From NCBI GenBank assembly GCA_045628045.1, contig JAZQOV010000011.1, positions 4,912 to 68,911 on the forward strand: a DNA stretch of 64,000 nucleotides, given 5' to 3'. The translations under genes were made by a program, and so were the position numbers. The notes under the pieces are model-generated. The model saw nothing but the letters and a program-made list of their open reading frames with translations. It did not search any database and was not told the origin of the DNA. Source of the stretch: Bacilli bacterium (GTDB lineage Bacteria; Bacillota_I; Bacilli_A; RFN20; CAG-826). Each line of letters starts with the position of its first letter. Position 1 is the stretch's first letter. Of the stretch, positions 27,947 to 38,556 are shown in pieces.

Positions 27947-27966
27947 TAGCTTACTAATAACAAACA

Positions 27967-27996
27967 AGGCGGATACTTTGTATCTGCCTTTTTTAT
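27967..27996 (+). terminator. Rho-independent terminator
   Basis: AGGCGGATAC-ttt-GTATCTGCCT (10 bp, one G·U) followed by TTTTTT. Confidence 0.8.
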
Positions 27997-28017
27997 TAAT
28001 TAATTTAATATTATATA

Positions 28018-28045
28018 TTGAATAACAATTCAAAATCCGTATAAT
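28018..28045 (+). promoter_or_regulatory. Promoter TTGAAT-16 nt-TATAAT. Its -10 ends 7 nt before ATG 28053, predicting a leaderless mRNA.
   Basis: TTGAAT 28018-28023 and TATAAT 28040-28045. No RBS between the -10 and the ATG. Confidence 0.45.
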
Positions 28046-28052
28046 AAAAAGC

Positions 28053-28958
28053 ATGAAACGTTTATATATTTACACAATCATTGTGGCCTCCTCTTTAGCA
28101 ATGGGTGCTTTAGTAGGTTTTGGGGCCAAAAAACTATTTAATAAAGAGTACGTTTACAATAACGTTGACTTTGATGCATTTGTACCAGATTACAATGCTA
28201 TTTTTGAAGAAGTTAATTCATATAAAGGAAGCTCGAAAGAAAAAGTTGATCATTTCTCAGCAGTTGAAGTAATTAATTATTCTTTAGAAAAATTCCGTCG
28301 TAATGAAAAATGTGCTACTTATACCTATGGTATTTCCCATACAGCGGTTGAACAAATCATTAGAGGCGCAAATTATAAAGTTGGTTCAGAATATTTTGAG
28401 GAATCACTTTCTAAATCTAGCCTTGTTTCGGTCGCAAGCAGGGTTTATATGAGCGGAAAGTCCGGAGACATTAAAATGTATAAGGGAGAAGATGATTCAA
28501 TCGTTATTAACGATAAAGAAGCATTTGCAGAATATCCTGAAGTTTCGGAAGACATTATTGAACACAGCACATATAAGAAAACATACGGAAAAACACTTGA
28601 TGAGATGTTTATTTATCTTATTTGTAATGATGGCGTATTAAGTTCATCAGTTAATGAAACAGATAGTGGTTATCAATATGTTGTTAATTTAGATAATGAA
28701 ATTTCTACTTACTTTAATAAGTTACAAATGAAAAATCTATCTGATCTTGATACTTATCCAGTATTCCAAACTGTTACTCTTACTTTTGATTTAGACAAAG
28801 ATTTATCTTTGAAGAAATGTAATATAGATGAATATTATAAAGCTAAGAAAATTATTTATGCGAGTGCGCATGCTCTAATCGATATCTATTTTGTATCTAA
28901 TGCAGATATTGAAATCCCGGCAGTAAATGAAAAATTAAATTATGATTTGGAGTTTTAA
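28053..28958 (+). CDS. Membrane-anchored hypothetical protein (N-terminal TM helix)
   Basis: MKRLYIYTIIVASSLAMGALVGFGAKK then a hydrophilic 270 aa. Confidence 0.5.
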   Translation: MKRLYIYTIIVASSLAMGALVGFGAKKLFNKEYVYNNVDFDAFVPDYNAIFEEVNSYKGSSKEKVDHFSAVEVINYSLEKFRRNEKCATYTYGISHTAVEQIIRGANYKVGSEYFEESLSKSSLVSVASRVYMSGKSGDIKMYKGEDDSIVINDKEAFAEYPEVSEDIIEHSTYKKTYGKTLDEMFIYLICNDGVLSSSVNETDSGYQYVVNLDNEISTYFNKLQMKNLSDLDTYPVFQTVTLTFDLDKDLSLKKCNIDEYYKAKKIIYASAHALIDIYFVSNADIEIPAVNEKLNYDLEF

Positions 28959-28963
28959 CCATT

Positions 28964-31303
28964 ATGAAATTATTTAATAAAAAGAATTTAGGAAAAATTA
29001 TTACCGGTGTAGCATGCTTTGGCGTTGCTTTTACTGTTCTTTATTTAGTTGTTAACCCAAGAAAGGTCGAAAGTAACCTAAAACCTTCAGCTCCAGAGAT
29101 TCCTGTTACAGAAGATACATATTTTGATAAATTTGCAAATAAACTTATTGATAAATTCGCAAAATCTGAAGAACCTTTAAAATTTAAGGCCACACTTGAA
29201 AATTTAGCAGTTTCTTCTAAAGAAGACCCAACAAATGTTTATGCTTCTACTAAAGGTGAATTAGCTTTATCTATTGATGAAAATAAGAATATTGAATACA
29301 CAGTCGATTTAGATGTTTCTAGCGGCGGAAGTGATCTTCTTTTAGGATTTGGCTATGTTAATAAATATAGCTATTTCTCATTAGGCGATAAAGGATTTAA
29401 ACTTGCAGATACATCATTTGATGAAATAACCAATTTTGCTAAAGAAGTTTTTACCTCAGTTTTAGATCTTGATATTGGTGGTGTTTCACTAGATTTATCC
29501 GGTTTAATTTCAGGCATTGATATTGATTCATTACTTCCTCAAGAAGTTGTTGATGGTGATAATGTTAATTTTTTAATTAACAATGACACTATTAATCTTG
29601 AAATTAGTGCTAATAAAGAAACATTAGAACTTAAGAAAATTAATGTTAAGAGTTTAAATATTGAATCTATTTCTCTTTCTACACTAGTTTCAGTTGAAAA
29701 AATTGAAAAAGTTTGTCCATTTGATGATGGCTCATATAAAGGAAGACATATTTCTTTTGCAGAAGCAAAGGTTTTCTCAAATGTCATTTCTGGTTTTAAT
29801 AGACTTGCCGCTATTGGAGAAATGGGGATGAGCCTTAAAGCCTCAATTAGCAAAAGCGGAACAAAACTTATCGACATACAAAATAGTGTTAATTCCAAAT
29901 TAGATGACAATCATAATCCTGAAATTGATTTAGATATTTTTGCAACTATTGAAAAAAGCAAAGCTTATGCAGCTATTAATGCATGTTACTTTGATGGTTG
30001 CACATATGTAACCGTTCCTACCGAAAATGATAGTCTTAAATTAAAATATGCAGACGAAAAATTCACAAGCATTTATGAATTTATGATTGAGATTGTTTCT
30101 GGTTTAATTGGCGATGAATTAAGCGATATTTTTAGCCGTTCTAGCAGAGTTATGCGAACAATTAGCAAGGCAACAAGCGGAAATATACTTTCATTTGATA
30201 TTCTTTCATTTATTAATAACACCTTTGAGTATTTCGATTTTACAGAGAATAAATTAATTATTAATTTATCAGATGATGCAAATCCTGCTCAAATCGTTCT
30301 TACTTCTAAGGAAAATGAAAATACAATGAATGTTTCCTTTGAAAACTTTAATATTGAATCTTTAGTATTTGATTTGGACCTTGATATTGTAGATTTTGAC
30401 TCCAAAAACATAGAAAAAGTCAAAAAGGAAGCAAAACAATATGATGAATTTGATTTTGTTTTATTAAGATTCCTTTTAAGATCTCTTAACACCAAAACAT
30501 ATAGATTAACAACATCATTATCATTGTCTTTCCCGGCAGTATTTATCAATACACAAATTGTCCTTAAAACAGAACTTAGCATTTATGTGGACTATTCTTC
30601 AGGATATTTAAAGATATTTATTGAAACACACGATCAAATCTTCTGGCCTATCATTATGAGTTATGGAGTTAGCAATGTTAAAATTGGTTATGATGGAGAG
30701 ACGGGCCTTGTTCATATTTTAAATTTAGTACAAGAATTAGACCCATTTACAGGCTTTCCGTTTGGAGATATGTATAATCTCTATTATGTGACAGATCTCG
30801 ATAATTTCATCGATAATATTGCTGAATATCTTTTAAAAGATATATTGTACTTTATTCCAGATTTAGTTGATGAAATTCTTGGTTCGAGAAGAACCTCTCC
30901 TGTTTTATCAAGAGCTAGAGTTACATCTTCATACAATATTTATGAATCATTCTTATCCTTTACCCACACATATAATGAAAAAACTAAAGAAGATGTGATT
31001 TCCACAAAATTCGATTTATCAGCAATTTTAGGTATTTCTATATTTAAAGATCTTAATCTTACACTTTATGGTAAAAGAGAAAACGATGATTCTAATTTCA
31101 TTACAAGATACACACTTAGTACAAAATTGTTTAATATTATTACTCTTACTGCTGAAGCAGTAAATGACAATGAATCATCAGAACAAGATGAAAAGTGTGA
31201 TGCATTATTTAGTATTTACGCTAATTTATCTAGTGAAGAAAAAGCTTTATTTGATGAATCTTATCTAAATAACCCAGCAGTTGGTTGGAAGATACGTTTG
31301 TGA
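28964..31303 (+). CDS. Membrane-anchored large hypothetical protein (N-terminal TM helix, 779 aa)
   Basis: ATG 5 nt after the previous stop. IITGVACFGVAFTVLYLVV TM helix. No recognised domain. Confidence 0.5.
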   Translation: MKLFNKKNLGKIITGVACFGVAFTVLYLVVNPRKVESNLKPSAPEIPVTEDTYFDKFANKLIDKFAKSEEPLKFKATLENLAVSSKEDPTNVYASTKGELALSIDENKNIEYTVDLDVSSGGSDLLLGFGYVNKYSYFSLGDKGFKLADTSFDEITNFAKEVFTSVLDLDIGGVSLDLSGLISGIDIDSLLPQEVVDGDNVNFLINNDTINLEISANKETLELKKINVKSLNIESISLSTLVSVEKIEKVCPFDDGSYKGRHISFAEAKVFSNVISGFNRLAAIGEMGMSLKASISKSGTKLIDIQNSVNSKLDDNHNPEIDLDIFATIEKSKAYAAINACYFDGCTYVTVPTENDSLKLKYADEKFTSIYEFMIEIVSGLIGDELSDIFSRSSRVMRTISKATSGNILSFDILSFINNTFEYFDFTENKLIINLSDDANPAQIVLTSKENENTMNVSFENFNIESLVFDLDLDIVDFDSKNIEKVKKEAKQYDEFDFVLLRFLLRSLNTKTYRLTTSLSLSFPAVFINTQIVLKTELSIYVDYSSGYLKIFIETHDQIFWPIIMSYGVSNVKIGYDGETGLVHILNLVQELDPFTGFPFGDMYNLYYVTDLDNFIDNIAEYLLKDILYFIPDLVDEILGSRRTSPVLSRARVTSSYNIYESFLSFTHTYNEKTKEDVISTKFDLSAILGISIFKDLNLTLYGKRENDDSNFITRYTLSTKLFNIITLTAEAVNDNESSEQDEKCDALFSIYANLSSEEKALFDESYLNNPAVGWKIRL

Positions 31304-32157
31304 AAATAAATACTAGAATTTCAAACCAAACTTTTGATCAAGAACGCTCTTTATACGGCGTAAAAAATGCAGAAGTTTTTTCGTGCAAATTTAGTGGTCC
31401 AAATGATGGCGAATCACCACTTAAAGAAACGTCAATCATAAACGTTCATGATTGTGAGTTTGACCTCCGCTATCCTTTGTGGCACTCAACAAATTTAATT
31501 TTAGAGAATTTAAGTTTTTCTAACTTATCAAGAGCTCCACTTTGGTATGACAAAAACGTTGTTATTAAGAACACAAATTCCCAATCTCCTAAAATTTTTA
31601 GAGAATGCGAAAACATTAAACTGGAAAATTGTAAATTAGAAAGCGAAGAGCCTTTTTGGAAATGTAGCAAAATCACCGGGAATTCCTGCATATTTTCAGG
31701 ATTTTATGGCTTTTTTGCGTGTAAAAATATTTCTCTTTTTGATGTAAAATTCTCGGGTAAATATTCATTTCAATATTGCAAAAATATAAGGATTTTTAAC
31801 TCTGAAATTGACACAAAGGATGCATTCTGGCATTCCAAAAATGTTTACGTAAAAGACTCAATAATTAAGGGTGAATATATCGGGTGGTATAGCTCCAATT
31901 TAACATTTGTAAATTGTATTATTGAATCACATCAACCATTTTGTTATTCTAATAACGTAACCTTTATCAATTGCAAGATGCCAAATTGCGATTTAGCGTT
32001 TGAAAAAACGTCAATCAAAGGTAATGTTACCGGGAAAATCAATTCTATTAAAAACCCAAGGAAAGCGAGCTTTAAAGTCGAAGAAATTGGGGAGTTGATT
32101 CAAGAGAAGAAAAATAGACATGTTCATATCAAAATTACAGGTGATGTGAATAAATAA
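31285..32157 (+). CDS. DUF3737-like repetitive beta-strand protein (parallel beta-helix-like repeats)
   Basis: About 22-aa repeats of the pattern ..C.F....S.F/W.... (RYPLWHSTN, RAPLWYDKN, EEPFWKCSK, KDAFWHSKN). Start TTG 31285 or GTG 31300, overlapping the upstream stop. Confidence 0.4.
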   Translation: MEDTFVKINTRISNQTFDQERSLYGVKNAEVFSCKFSGPNDGESPLKETSIINVHDCEFDLRYPLWHSTNLILENLSFSNLSRAPLWYDKNVVIKNTNSQSPKIFRECENIKLENCKLESEEPFWKCSKITGNSCIFSGFYGFFACKNISLFDVKFSGKYSFQYCKNIRIFNSEIDTKDAFWHSKNVYVKDSIIKGEYIGWYSSNLTFVNCIIESHQPFCYSNNVTFINCKMPNCDLAFEKTSIKGNVTGKINSIKNPRKASFKVEEIGELIQEKKNRHVHIKITGDVNK

Positions 32158-32169
32158 AAGGAGATACTT

Positions 32170-33891
32170 ATGGGAAAAACTTCAATTGAAAAACCATGGA
32201 TGCAGTTTTATAAAAATTTCGATGGTGATATAAGCTCAACAAATAAAACCATTTACAGATACTTGGTTGATGAAGTTGAAGATTACTTAGACTACACTGC
32301 AATAAACTACTTTGGTAAAAAATATTCATATAGACAAATGCTTTACGAAATTGATCGTTTGGCAGATTGTTTTACATATTTAGGTATTAAGAAAGGTGAA
32401 AAGGTCGTTTTTGTCACCGCAAACTTACCTGAAACACTTTTCTCATTCTATGCTCTTAATAAAATCGGTGCTGTTCCAGTTCTAGTTGAACCAAGAATGG
32501 CAAAAAGTAGAATTGAACACTTCATCGATATGGTGAAAGCTAAGACAATTATTCTTCTTGATATTGTTTATCCAAAAGTTGCTGACTTATTAGACAAGTA
32601 CGAAATTGAACACGTTATTGTCCAAAATGCCTCGCACGCGCTCCCGTTATATAAAAAGGTATTTAAATTAATACACGAAAGAATTTCAGGTCTTGGAACT
32701 GACAAACGTGCTATTAGATATTCAACATTCTATGACGATTATGCTAAACAAGATGCTAAAGAAGTTAAGTTCAAACAAGGCTCATTAGCAGTCGTAACTC
32801 AAACTGGTGGTACAACAGGTTCACCTAAAGGTGTTATGCTTACAAACGAGGGTTTAAATGCTGTTGCATTAAGCTTCAAGTTTACAGGCAATGATTGTGT
32901 TCCATCAGACCGCTTCTTAAACATTATGCCAATCTTTACTTCTTATGGTGTTGTTTGTGGTGTCCATATGGCATTTACCCAAAGGGTAGAAAACATATTA
33001 GTACCAAATTTTGCTCCAAAGAAGTTCCCAAAATTAATGCTTCAACATAAGCCTCATGCTGTTATCGCTGTTCCTGCATTCTATGAGATATTTATTAATG
33101 ATAAAAGAGCACAAAAAGCAGACTTATCAAATTTGAAGTTTGCGGTCTCTGGCGGTGATGTTCTTAACCCAACCTTAGAAGAAGAGTTAAATCTCTTCTT
33201 TAAGAACCATGGATGTAAGTATCATATTTGCCAAGGTTATGGCTTGTCTGAAACATCTGCTGTAACGGCATTTAACTGTGTTTATAGAGCGAAAAGTGAG
33301 GGTATCCCTCTATGTACCTCAACCATGGGTATTTTTGATCCTGATACAGGAGAAGAACTTGACTATGGTAAAAGAGGCGAAATTTGTATTACCGGTCCAT
33401 CAATTATGAATGGATATTATGATAATAAGGAAGAAACTGATAACGTGCTTAAAATGCATGATGATGGCCTTCTTTGGGTTCATAGTGGTGATAGAGGCTA
33501 TTTTGATAAAGATGGTTTCTTATTCTTTGAAGGTCGTTTCAAATTCGTTATTCCACGCTTTGACGGGCACAAGAATTTCCCTATTCAAATTGAGAGAGTC
33601 GTAAATTCTTACGAAGGTGTTGCAAATTGCTGTGTTGTTGCATGTAAAGACCTTGACCATTTACAAGGGATGTATCCTCTTGTAATTGTCGAGATGGATG
33701 ATAAAGAAATTCCTGAAGAAGAAGTGCGTGAAGGCATCCTTGCTTTGTGCAATGATAAACTCGAAGAAAGAGGGCAGCCTTGCGATGTTGTCGTTGTTGA
33801 TAAAATTCCACTTACTTTGGTGGGCAAAAACGACGTTACTTTGTTAAGAGAACAATATGAACATTATGATTATTATAATCATAAACTTTAA
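32170..33891 (+). CDS. AMP-dependent synthetase/ligase (acyl-CoA synthetase family, probable fatty-acid-CoA ligase)
   Basis: AMP-binding motif TQTGGTTGSPKGVMLT. YGLSET. GDRGYFDKDGFLFFEGRFKFVI. RBS AAAGGAG. Confidence 0.85.
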   Translation: MGKTSIEKPWMQFYKNFDGDISSTNKTIYRYLVDEVEDYLDYTAINYFGKKYSYRQMLYEIDRLADCFTYLGIKKGEKVVFVTANLPETLFSFYALNKIGAVPVLVEPRMAKSRIEHFIDMVKAKTIILLDIVYPKVADLLDKYEIEHVIVQNASHALPLYKKVFKLIHERISGLGTDKRAIRYSTFYDDYAKQDAKEVKFKQGSLAVVTQTGGTTGSPKGVMLTNEGLNAVALSFKFTGNDCVPSDRFLNIMPIFTSYGVVCGVHMAFTQRVENILVPNFAPKKFPKLMLQHKPHAVIAVPAFYEIFINDKRAQKADLSNLKFAVSGGDVLNPTLEEELNLFFKNHGCKYHICQGYGLSETSAVTAFNCVYRAKSEGIPLCTSTMGIFDPDTGEELDYGKRGEICITGPSIMNGYYDNKEETDNVLKMHDDGLLWVHSGDRGYFDKDGFLFFEGRFKFVIPRFDGHKNFPIQIERVVNSYEGVANCCVVACKDLDHLQGMYPLVIVEMDDKEIPEEEVREGILALCNDKLEERGQPCDVVVVDKIPLTLVGKNDVTLLREQYEHYDYYNHKL

Positions 33892-34099
33892 TACTTAATT
33901 CCAAAAATTACAAAAAAATTTCCTCGATGAATTCGGGGATTTTTTATTTCAAAACGAGCAGCTATTGTCGGATCAATGTCTATAAGAACTTATAGTAAAT
34001 ATGTGAAAAATGTGTATGATTACCTATGGTAATAATTAGTATTGTATTAGATAAAATTTGGTAGTATAATTACTTTGTAAAAAATTTAGGAGGAACGAT

Positions 34100-37000
34100 A
34101 TGACTAAACTTTTTAAAAAGATTAAGTTGTTCTTGTTAGTCTCTGTCGCCGGCTTTATGGGCTTAGCTACTGCCGCTGGTGTCAAAGGCGCAAAAGCAGA
34201 CGCAGAACCAGAAACAAAGTTAGTTTCACTTGGTAGCACTGCTGCAACAGGCACAAACTTAACAGCAGGGGTTACCGAAGAAGCAGACGGTTTCCTTGTT
34301 GAGGTCGCAGATTCATATGCGGCAAAATACGCAACAAAGGTTGGCGCAAAACTCGTTAATCTTGCTGCAGATTCATTCAGACTTGAAGATATTTGCTTTG
34401 AGTTAGAAAACGAATCAGAGGATAGGTACTTTACAAAAGCCTTCCGTGCTGAAGGAGAAGCAAAGAGAAACAGCAAATTCGTTGCTGCTGCTACAGATGC
34501 TGGATTCAGTCTTGTAGGCTCAAGCGATAACATAAAACTTACCAGCTTCATGAAAGAAGAAATTAAATCTGCTAATTATGTTACCGTTGATGCAGGCTTC
34601 GGTGGTTATGCTGAATACTTAAAGTATGCAGTTAATAATTTAATCGAAGGCAATCAAAAGGTTGAAATTAACGGAATCATGGAATTATTGCTTCAACCAA
34701 TCAACAAGATTCTCGAAGAAGCAGTTAAATCAAACGAAGTTACTAAAGCAATCTTTGAAGTTGTTGATGAACTCATTGATGTTGATCTCGTTAAATTATT
34801 AAACGTTGGTGATGCAAAGAAGGCAGTCAGCGATTTTGTTAAACTTGTTAATGAAATGCTCGCTAGCTACTTCAATAGCATTGACACATTAACTTCAAAA
34901 ATTCGTTCACTTAACAAAGATGCAAAAATTATTGTTGTTGGCGCATCAAATCCAGTTAAAAACGGAAAAGTCAGAATTGGTGACAAGACTGTTAATGTTG
35001 GCAAATACATCGATGCAATTATCAAATTAGTTAATAACTATACTCAAATCACAACTAAGAATTCTGGTAGTTATTTCTTTGTCGATCCAGTTAAATTTGA
35101 CCTTGATACAGTCGAAGGACACGCATCAGTTGCAGAAGCAATTGACGCAGTCGTAACAGCTGGCAAATCAGCAAGAGCAGTCTTCATCGAAGATACTGTT
35201 GCTGCTATTAAGAAAGCTGTAACTGAACTTATTGATCATATTTTTGGTAAGAAAGTTTCTAAAGGCGCTATTACAAAAGGTGTCTTAAATGAAAGAAATG
35301 ATTTAACAGAATTTATTATGGAATTCTTTGATGGCGTTATCTATTCAGCCTTCCCAGGTATTGAACAAGAACACGTTGTCACAGAAATTGTTGATTTCTT
35401 TAGCGAAGATATATTCAGCAAAATCAACGCATTCGCTGTTGGTATTGTTGCAAAAGTAACAGATGAAATTATTCCTGCTGCTTTTGATCAAGTTATGACT
35501 GTTCTTAGCGGTGTTGCTTGCTATATCGAAAACGTTGTTATCGAAGCAATCAACTTTGTTGCAGCAATTCCAGCAAACATGGAAAACTGTGCAAGTGTCC
35601 AAATGATTATGGATTTCTATAATCAAACCTTCGAAACTAAAGTTAACGTCCTTGCTGATGTTCTTTCAAAAGCATTCATTGATTTAAGAGGACAAATTAC
35701 TGAAGGTGTTGGATTCTTATTTACTATTCCAGCTATTTTAACAGTTGAAATTCGTTCCGCTTTATTAGCAAAACTTGTAACTGTTTTTGTCTCACATCCA
35801 ATTGATTCATTAACAATTGCATATTACTTTAATAAACTCTTTGGAGATGATGCTTCAGCATTACTCGAAAAATTAGGTGCACTTAAAGATGGCAACGCAG
35901 TTGAACAACATATTTATAATATTTTGTTTGATGTTGATGCATTATTCAAAGGTGTTCCAGCAGATGTAGAAGGATTCTTTGCTCAATCAGATCTTCTCAT
36001 TGCAAAAATTGTCAGAGCTCTTGATGGAATCGTTGCAGAAATTCATTCAGAAGTTGCTCCAATGATTGCCGAAATCTTTGATACAGTTGTTGAAAATATT
36101 CAAAAGGTTATGCCACATGAATACTTATTAGTTTCAGAAATTGATGCTAATGAAAACATTCACTATTATGCAGAATGTCAAGATTGTGGCTTCCGCGTAG
36201 AAGTTTATCCAGAATATACTTGGAAAGTTCTCGAAGATGATTATGGAAATGGCGTTGGCATTGGTTGTGATGTTGAATTTACATTACCATCAGTTCGTGG
36301 CGAAGAACCAGTTGTCATCAAAGGCTATGCAGTTGGTGCTCCTAGAGAAATGTCTACTAATCCATTCTTAGAGATGGAAGTTGTTGAAATTCCAGAAATT
36401 GAATTTGGCGATTACGGTGTAGTCGTTGATCAAACTCCAGGTGTTGCTAAATTCACTGTTGAACATGTCTATTTCGAAGAAAATGATGAATATGTTGACG
36501 AAGTTTACTTCGATGAAGAACTTTGCTTAGATTTCGTTCTCGATCCTATTTGCTATTTCGATTCTGGATATTATTATCAATCTGTTGCAAAATTTGACGC
36601 ATACACTCTTCTTGGCGATGAATTGTGCTACATTGGTACAGTTAAATTTGAAGGAAAAGTTAATGCAGAAAGCCTTAAATTAGATCTTGAAAACAAGATT
36701 GCAACATTCGAGACCGTTTATGGAGTTGATGAATTAAGTAGCACATTCTCCTTAGCACATAGTTACGGATATACACCATACGTTAGCACTTATGAATTCG
36801 ACGATGAAACAGGTGTCTTAACAGCTATTGGTACAATTGTTACAGAAGGTGGCAAAAACTTCGATTATGAAGAAAGCGTTAGCTTTGCAGATGGCACACT
36901 TCATTTCTATGATGAAGATCAATATGATGAAGATGACAATCTAGTTTATGAAGAAGGTTTCACTGCTGAATTTGAAGTCTTCGGCACACAACAAATTTCA

Positions 37001-38488
37001 TATCACATGGAAGATGTTGAATATGTTTTCGACAAGAAAGAGGCCACATACACAGCAAGCGGATATGTCACATCTAACAACGTTGGTGATCAAATCCAAT
37101 TCTATGTAGAAGAAACCACTGATGCATATATTGCAAAGAAAACAACTCCAGCCGGATTCTGCATTTGCATGGACTTCGATTTCCCAGGATTCGCTGATTA
37201 TTGCAAATTATTACAAGTTTCAGGTATTCAATATCGTTGGGATATGGAAGAATTAAGCTGTTTAGCAACATTCTATGTTACTTCCCAAACTGATTCTGAT
37301 ATTAGTTTCATGTTCTATGAATATGCCACTGTTGAAGATTATAGTGGCGTTGAAGTTACTGCTGATGGTAGACTCTGTGCTGATTTCACTTTAGTTCCTG
37401 ATTCATATATGGGTGCAAATGTATCTGAAGTTTACACACGTATATATAATAAGGACGCAGGCACAGCTGTTGAACATTCAAACTACTATATTGATGGTGT
37501 TAAAGCTGGTGAAACAAATGTTGTTTACGAATTAGAAGGTGAAGCTTTAGTTCAACATTATATGGACGGATCATGGGCAGTTGGCTATGTTATTGCCGGA
37601 ACCGAATATGCTATACCATTCTATGATTTAGAAGTCGAAGAAATTCCTACATTTGTAAAAAATGAAAACGGCAATTTCGAAGCAACAATGAAATTCGTTG
37701 ATCCACTTGGACAACACTTTGAAGGCAAATATCTTTTACAAAATGCTATCTATGCTAATTCACAAATTGCAGAAGGCTCTTCAGTTGAATACACATTAAG
37801 TGAAGACGGATCAACATTCACAGCATCTGTCACCTTAGTTGATATATTCGACTTTACTTACATAGTTGAAGAAACAGTACCAGCAGTTAGTGAATATAAG
37901 ATTCTTCCAGACGGAACAACTGTCTTTACGTATAAAAACGCAGTAGACTTTACCTTAAAGAATTTATTCAAAGGTTGTTCTGAAGAAGTTAGAGTTTCAG
38001 GAACCCCACTTGCTGTATTTGCAGAAGGTGGTAAGGCATCTGTTAGTGGTGTTGGTGTTTCATTCAGCGAAGGTGCATTAGAATCATTAAGCGATTCTGC
38101 TGCATTAGTTGCTAATACAACAAAGACCGAAGATGGAACAATGCTTGATATTAAGATTGAAGATCTTGGTAGAGAAGTTGAATTTGATGGTGAATGTACA
38201 GTTACAGTCCCATTTGATGAAAAAGTTCCAACTGGTTGTGAAGTCAAAGTTTATTACCAAGGTGCTGATGGTGAAGTTGATATGGGTGCTGTCTATGATA
38301 AGACAACAGGTACTGTATCATTCAACACTACACACTTCTCACAATACCGTGTTGTTGTTGAAAGAGTCGGCTTAGGCTTATGGTGGATTTTAATCGGATT
38401 TGGCATTCTTCTTGCTGTTGCAGCAGTTTGCTACTTCGTTATTATTAGACCACGCACAAATAAGAAGGCTAAAAAAGGGAATAAATAA
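34100..38488 (+). CDS. Giant (1462 aa) surface protein with N-terminal signal, degenerate SGNH-hydrolase-like N-domain, acidic central region and C-terminal TM anchor
   Basis: Perfect RBS AGGAGG. Signal MTKLFKKIKLFLLVSVAGFMGLATAAG. LVSLGSTAATG aligns with the GDSxxxG block of the two paralogues but lacks Asp and Ser. VTVDAGFGGYAEYL aligns with their block III. C-terminal LWWILIGFGILLAVAAVCYFVIIRPR. Confidence 0.7.
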   Translation: MTKLFKKIKLFLLVSVAGFMGLATAAGVKGAKADAEPETKLVSLGSTAATGTNLTAGVTEEADGFLVEVADSYAAKYATKVGAKLVNLAADSFRLEDICFELENESEDRYFTKAFRAEGEAKRNSKFVAAATDAGFSLVGSSDNIKLTSFMKEEIKSANYVTVDAGFGGYAEYLKYAVNNLIEGNQKVEINGIMELLLQPINKILEEAVKSNEVTKAIFEVVDELIDVDLVKLLNVGDAKKAVSDFVKLVNEMLASYFNSIDTLTSKIRSLNKDAKIIVVGASNPVKNGKVRIGDKTVNVGKYIDAIIKLVNNYTQITTKNSGSYFFVDPVKFDLDTVEGHASVAEAIDAVVTAGKSARAVFIEDTVAAIKKAVTELIDHIFGKKVSKGAITKGVLNERNDLTEFIMEFFDGVIYSAFPGIEQEHVVTEIVDFFSEDIFSKINAFAVGIVAKVTDEIIPAAFDQVMTVLSGVACYIENVVIEAINFVAAIPANMENCASVQMIMDFYNQTFETKVNVLADVLSKAFIDLRGQITEGVGFLFTIPAILTVEIRSALLAKLVTVFVSHPIDSLTIAYYFNKLFGDDASALLEKLGALKDGNAVEQHIYNILFDVDALFKGVPADVEGFFAQSDLLIAKIVRALDGIVAEIHSEVAPMIAEIFDTVVENIQKVMPHEYLLVSEIDANENIHYYAECQDCGFRVEVYPEYTWKVLEDDYGNGVGIGCDVEFTLPSVRGEEPVVIKGYAVGAPREMSTNPFLEMEVVEIPEIEFGDYGVVVDQTPGVAKFTVEHVYFEENDEYVDEVYFDEELCLDFVLDPICYFDSGYYYQSVAKFDAYTLLGDELCYIGTVKFEGKVNAESLKLDLENKIATFETVYGVDELSSTFSLAHSYGYTPYVSTYEFDDETGVLTAIGTIVTEGGKNFDYEESVSFADGTLHFYDEDQYDEDDNLVYEEGFTAEFEVFGTQQISYHMEDVEYVFDKKEATYTASGYVTSNNVGDQIQFYVEETTDAYIAKKTTPAGFCICMDFDFPGFADYCKLLQVSGIQYRWDMEELSCLATFYVTSQTDSDISFMFYEYATVEDYSGVEVTADGRLCADFTLVPDSYMGANVSEVYTRIYNKDAGTAVEHSNYYIDGVKAGETNVVYELEGEALVQHYMDGSWAVGYVIAGTEYAIPFYDLEVEEIPTFVKNENGNFEATMKFVDPLGQHFEGKYLLQNAIYANSQIAEGSSVEYTLSEDGSTFTASVTLVDIFDFTYIVEETVPAVSEYKILPDGTTVFTYKNAVDFTLKNLFKGCSEEVRVSGTPLAVFAEGGKASVSGVGVSFSEGALESLSDSAALVANTTKTEDGTMLDIKIEDLGREVEFDGECTVTVPFDEKVPTGCEVKVYYQGADGEVDMGAVYDKTTGTVSFNTTHFSQYRVVVERVGLGLWWILIGFGILLAVAAVCYFVIIRPRTNKKAKKGNK

Positions 38489-38556
38489 TATAAGAGGAAA
38501 AGGGTTACGATAGTTTGTCGTAACCCCTATCCCGTATATCGGAAAGGAATTAATAT

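Noticed and set aside
31285-32157. Calling this a pectate lyase/glycosidase
   Set aside because: Only repeat periodicity (beta-helix-like) is visible. No catalytic motif was recognised. Left as DUF3737-like.
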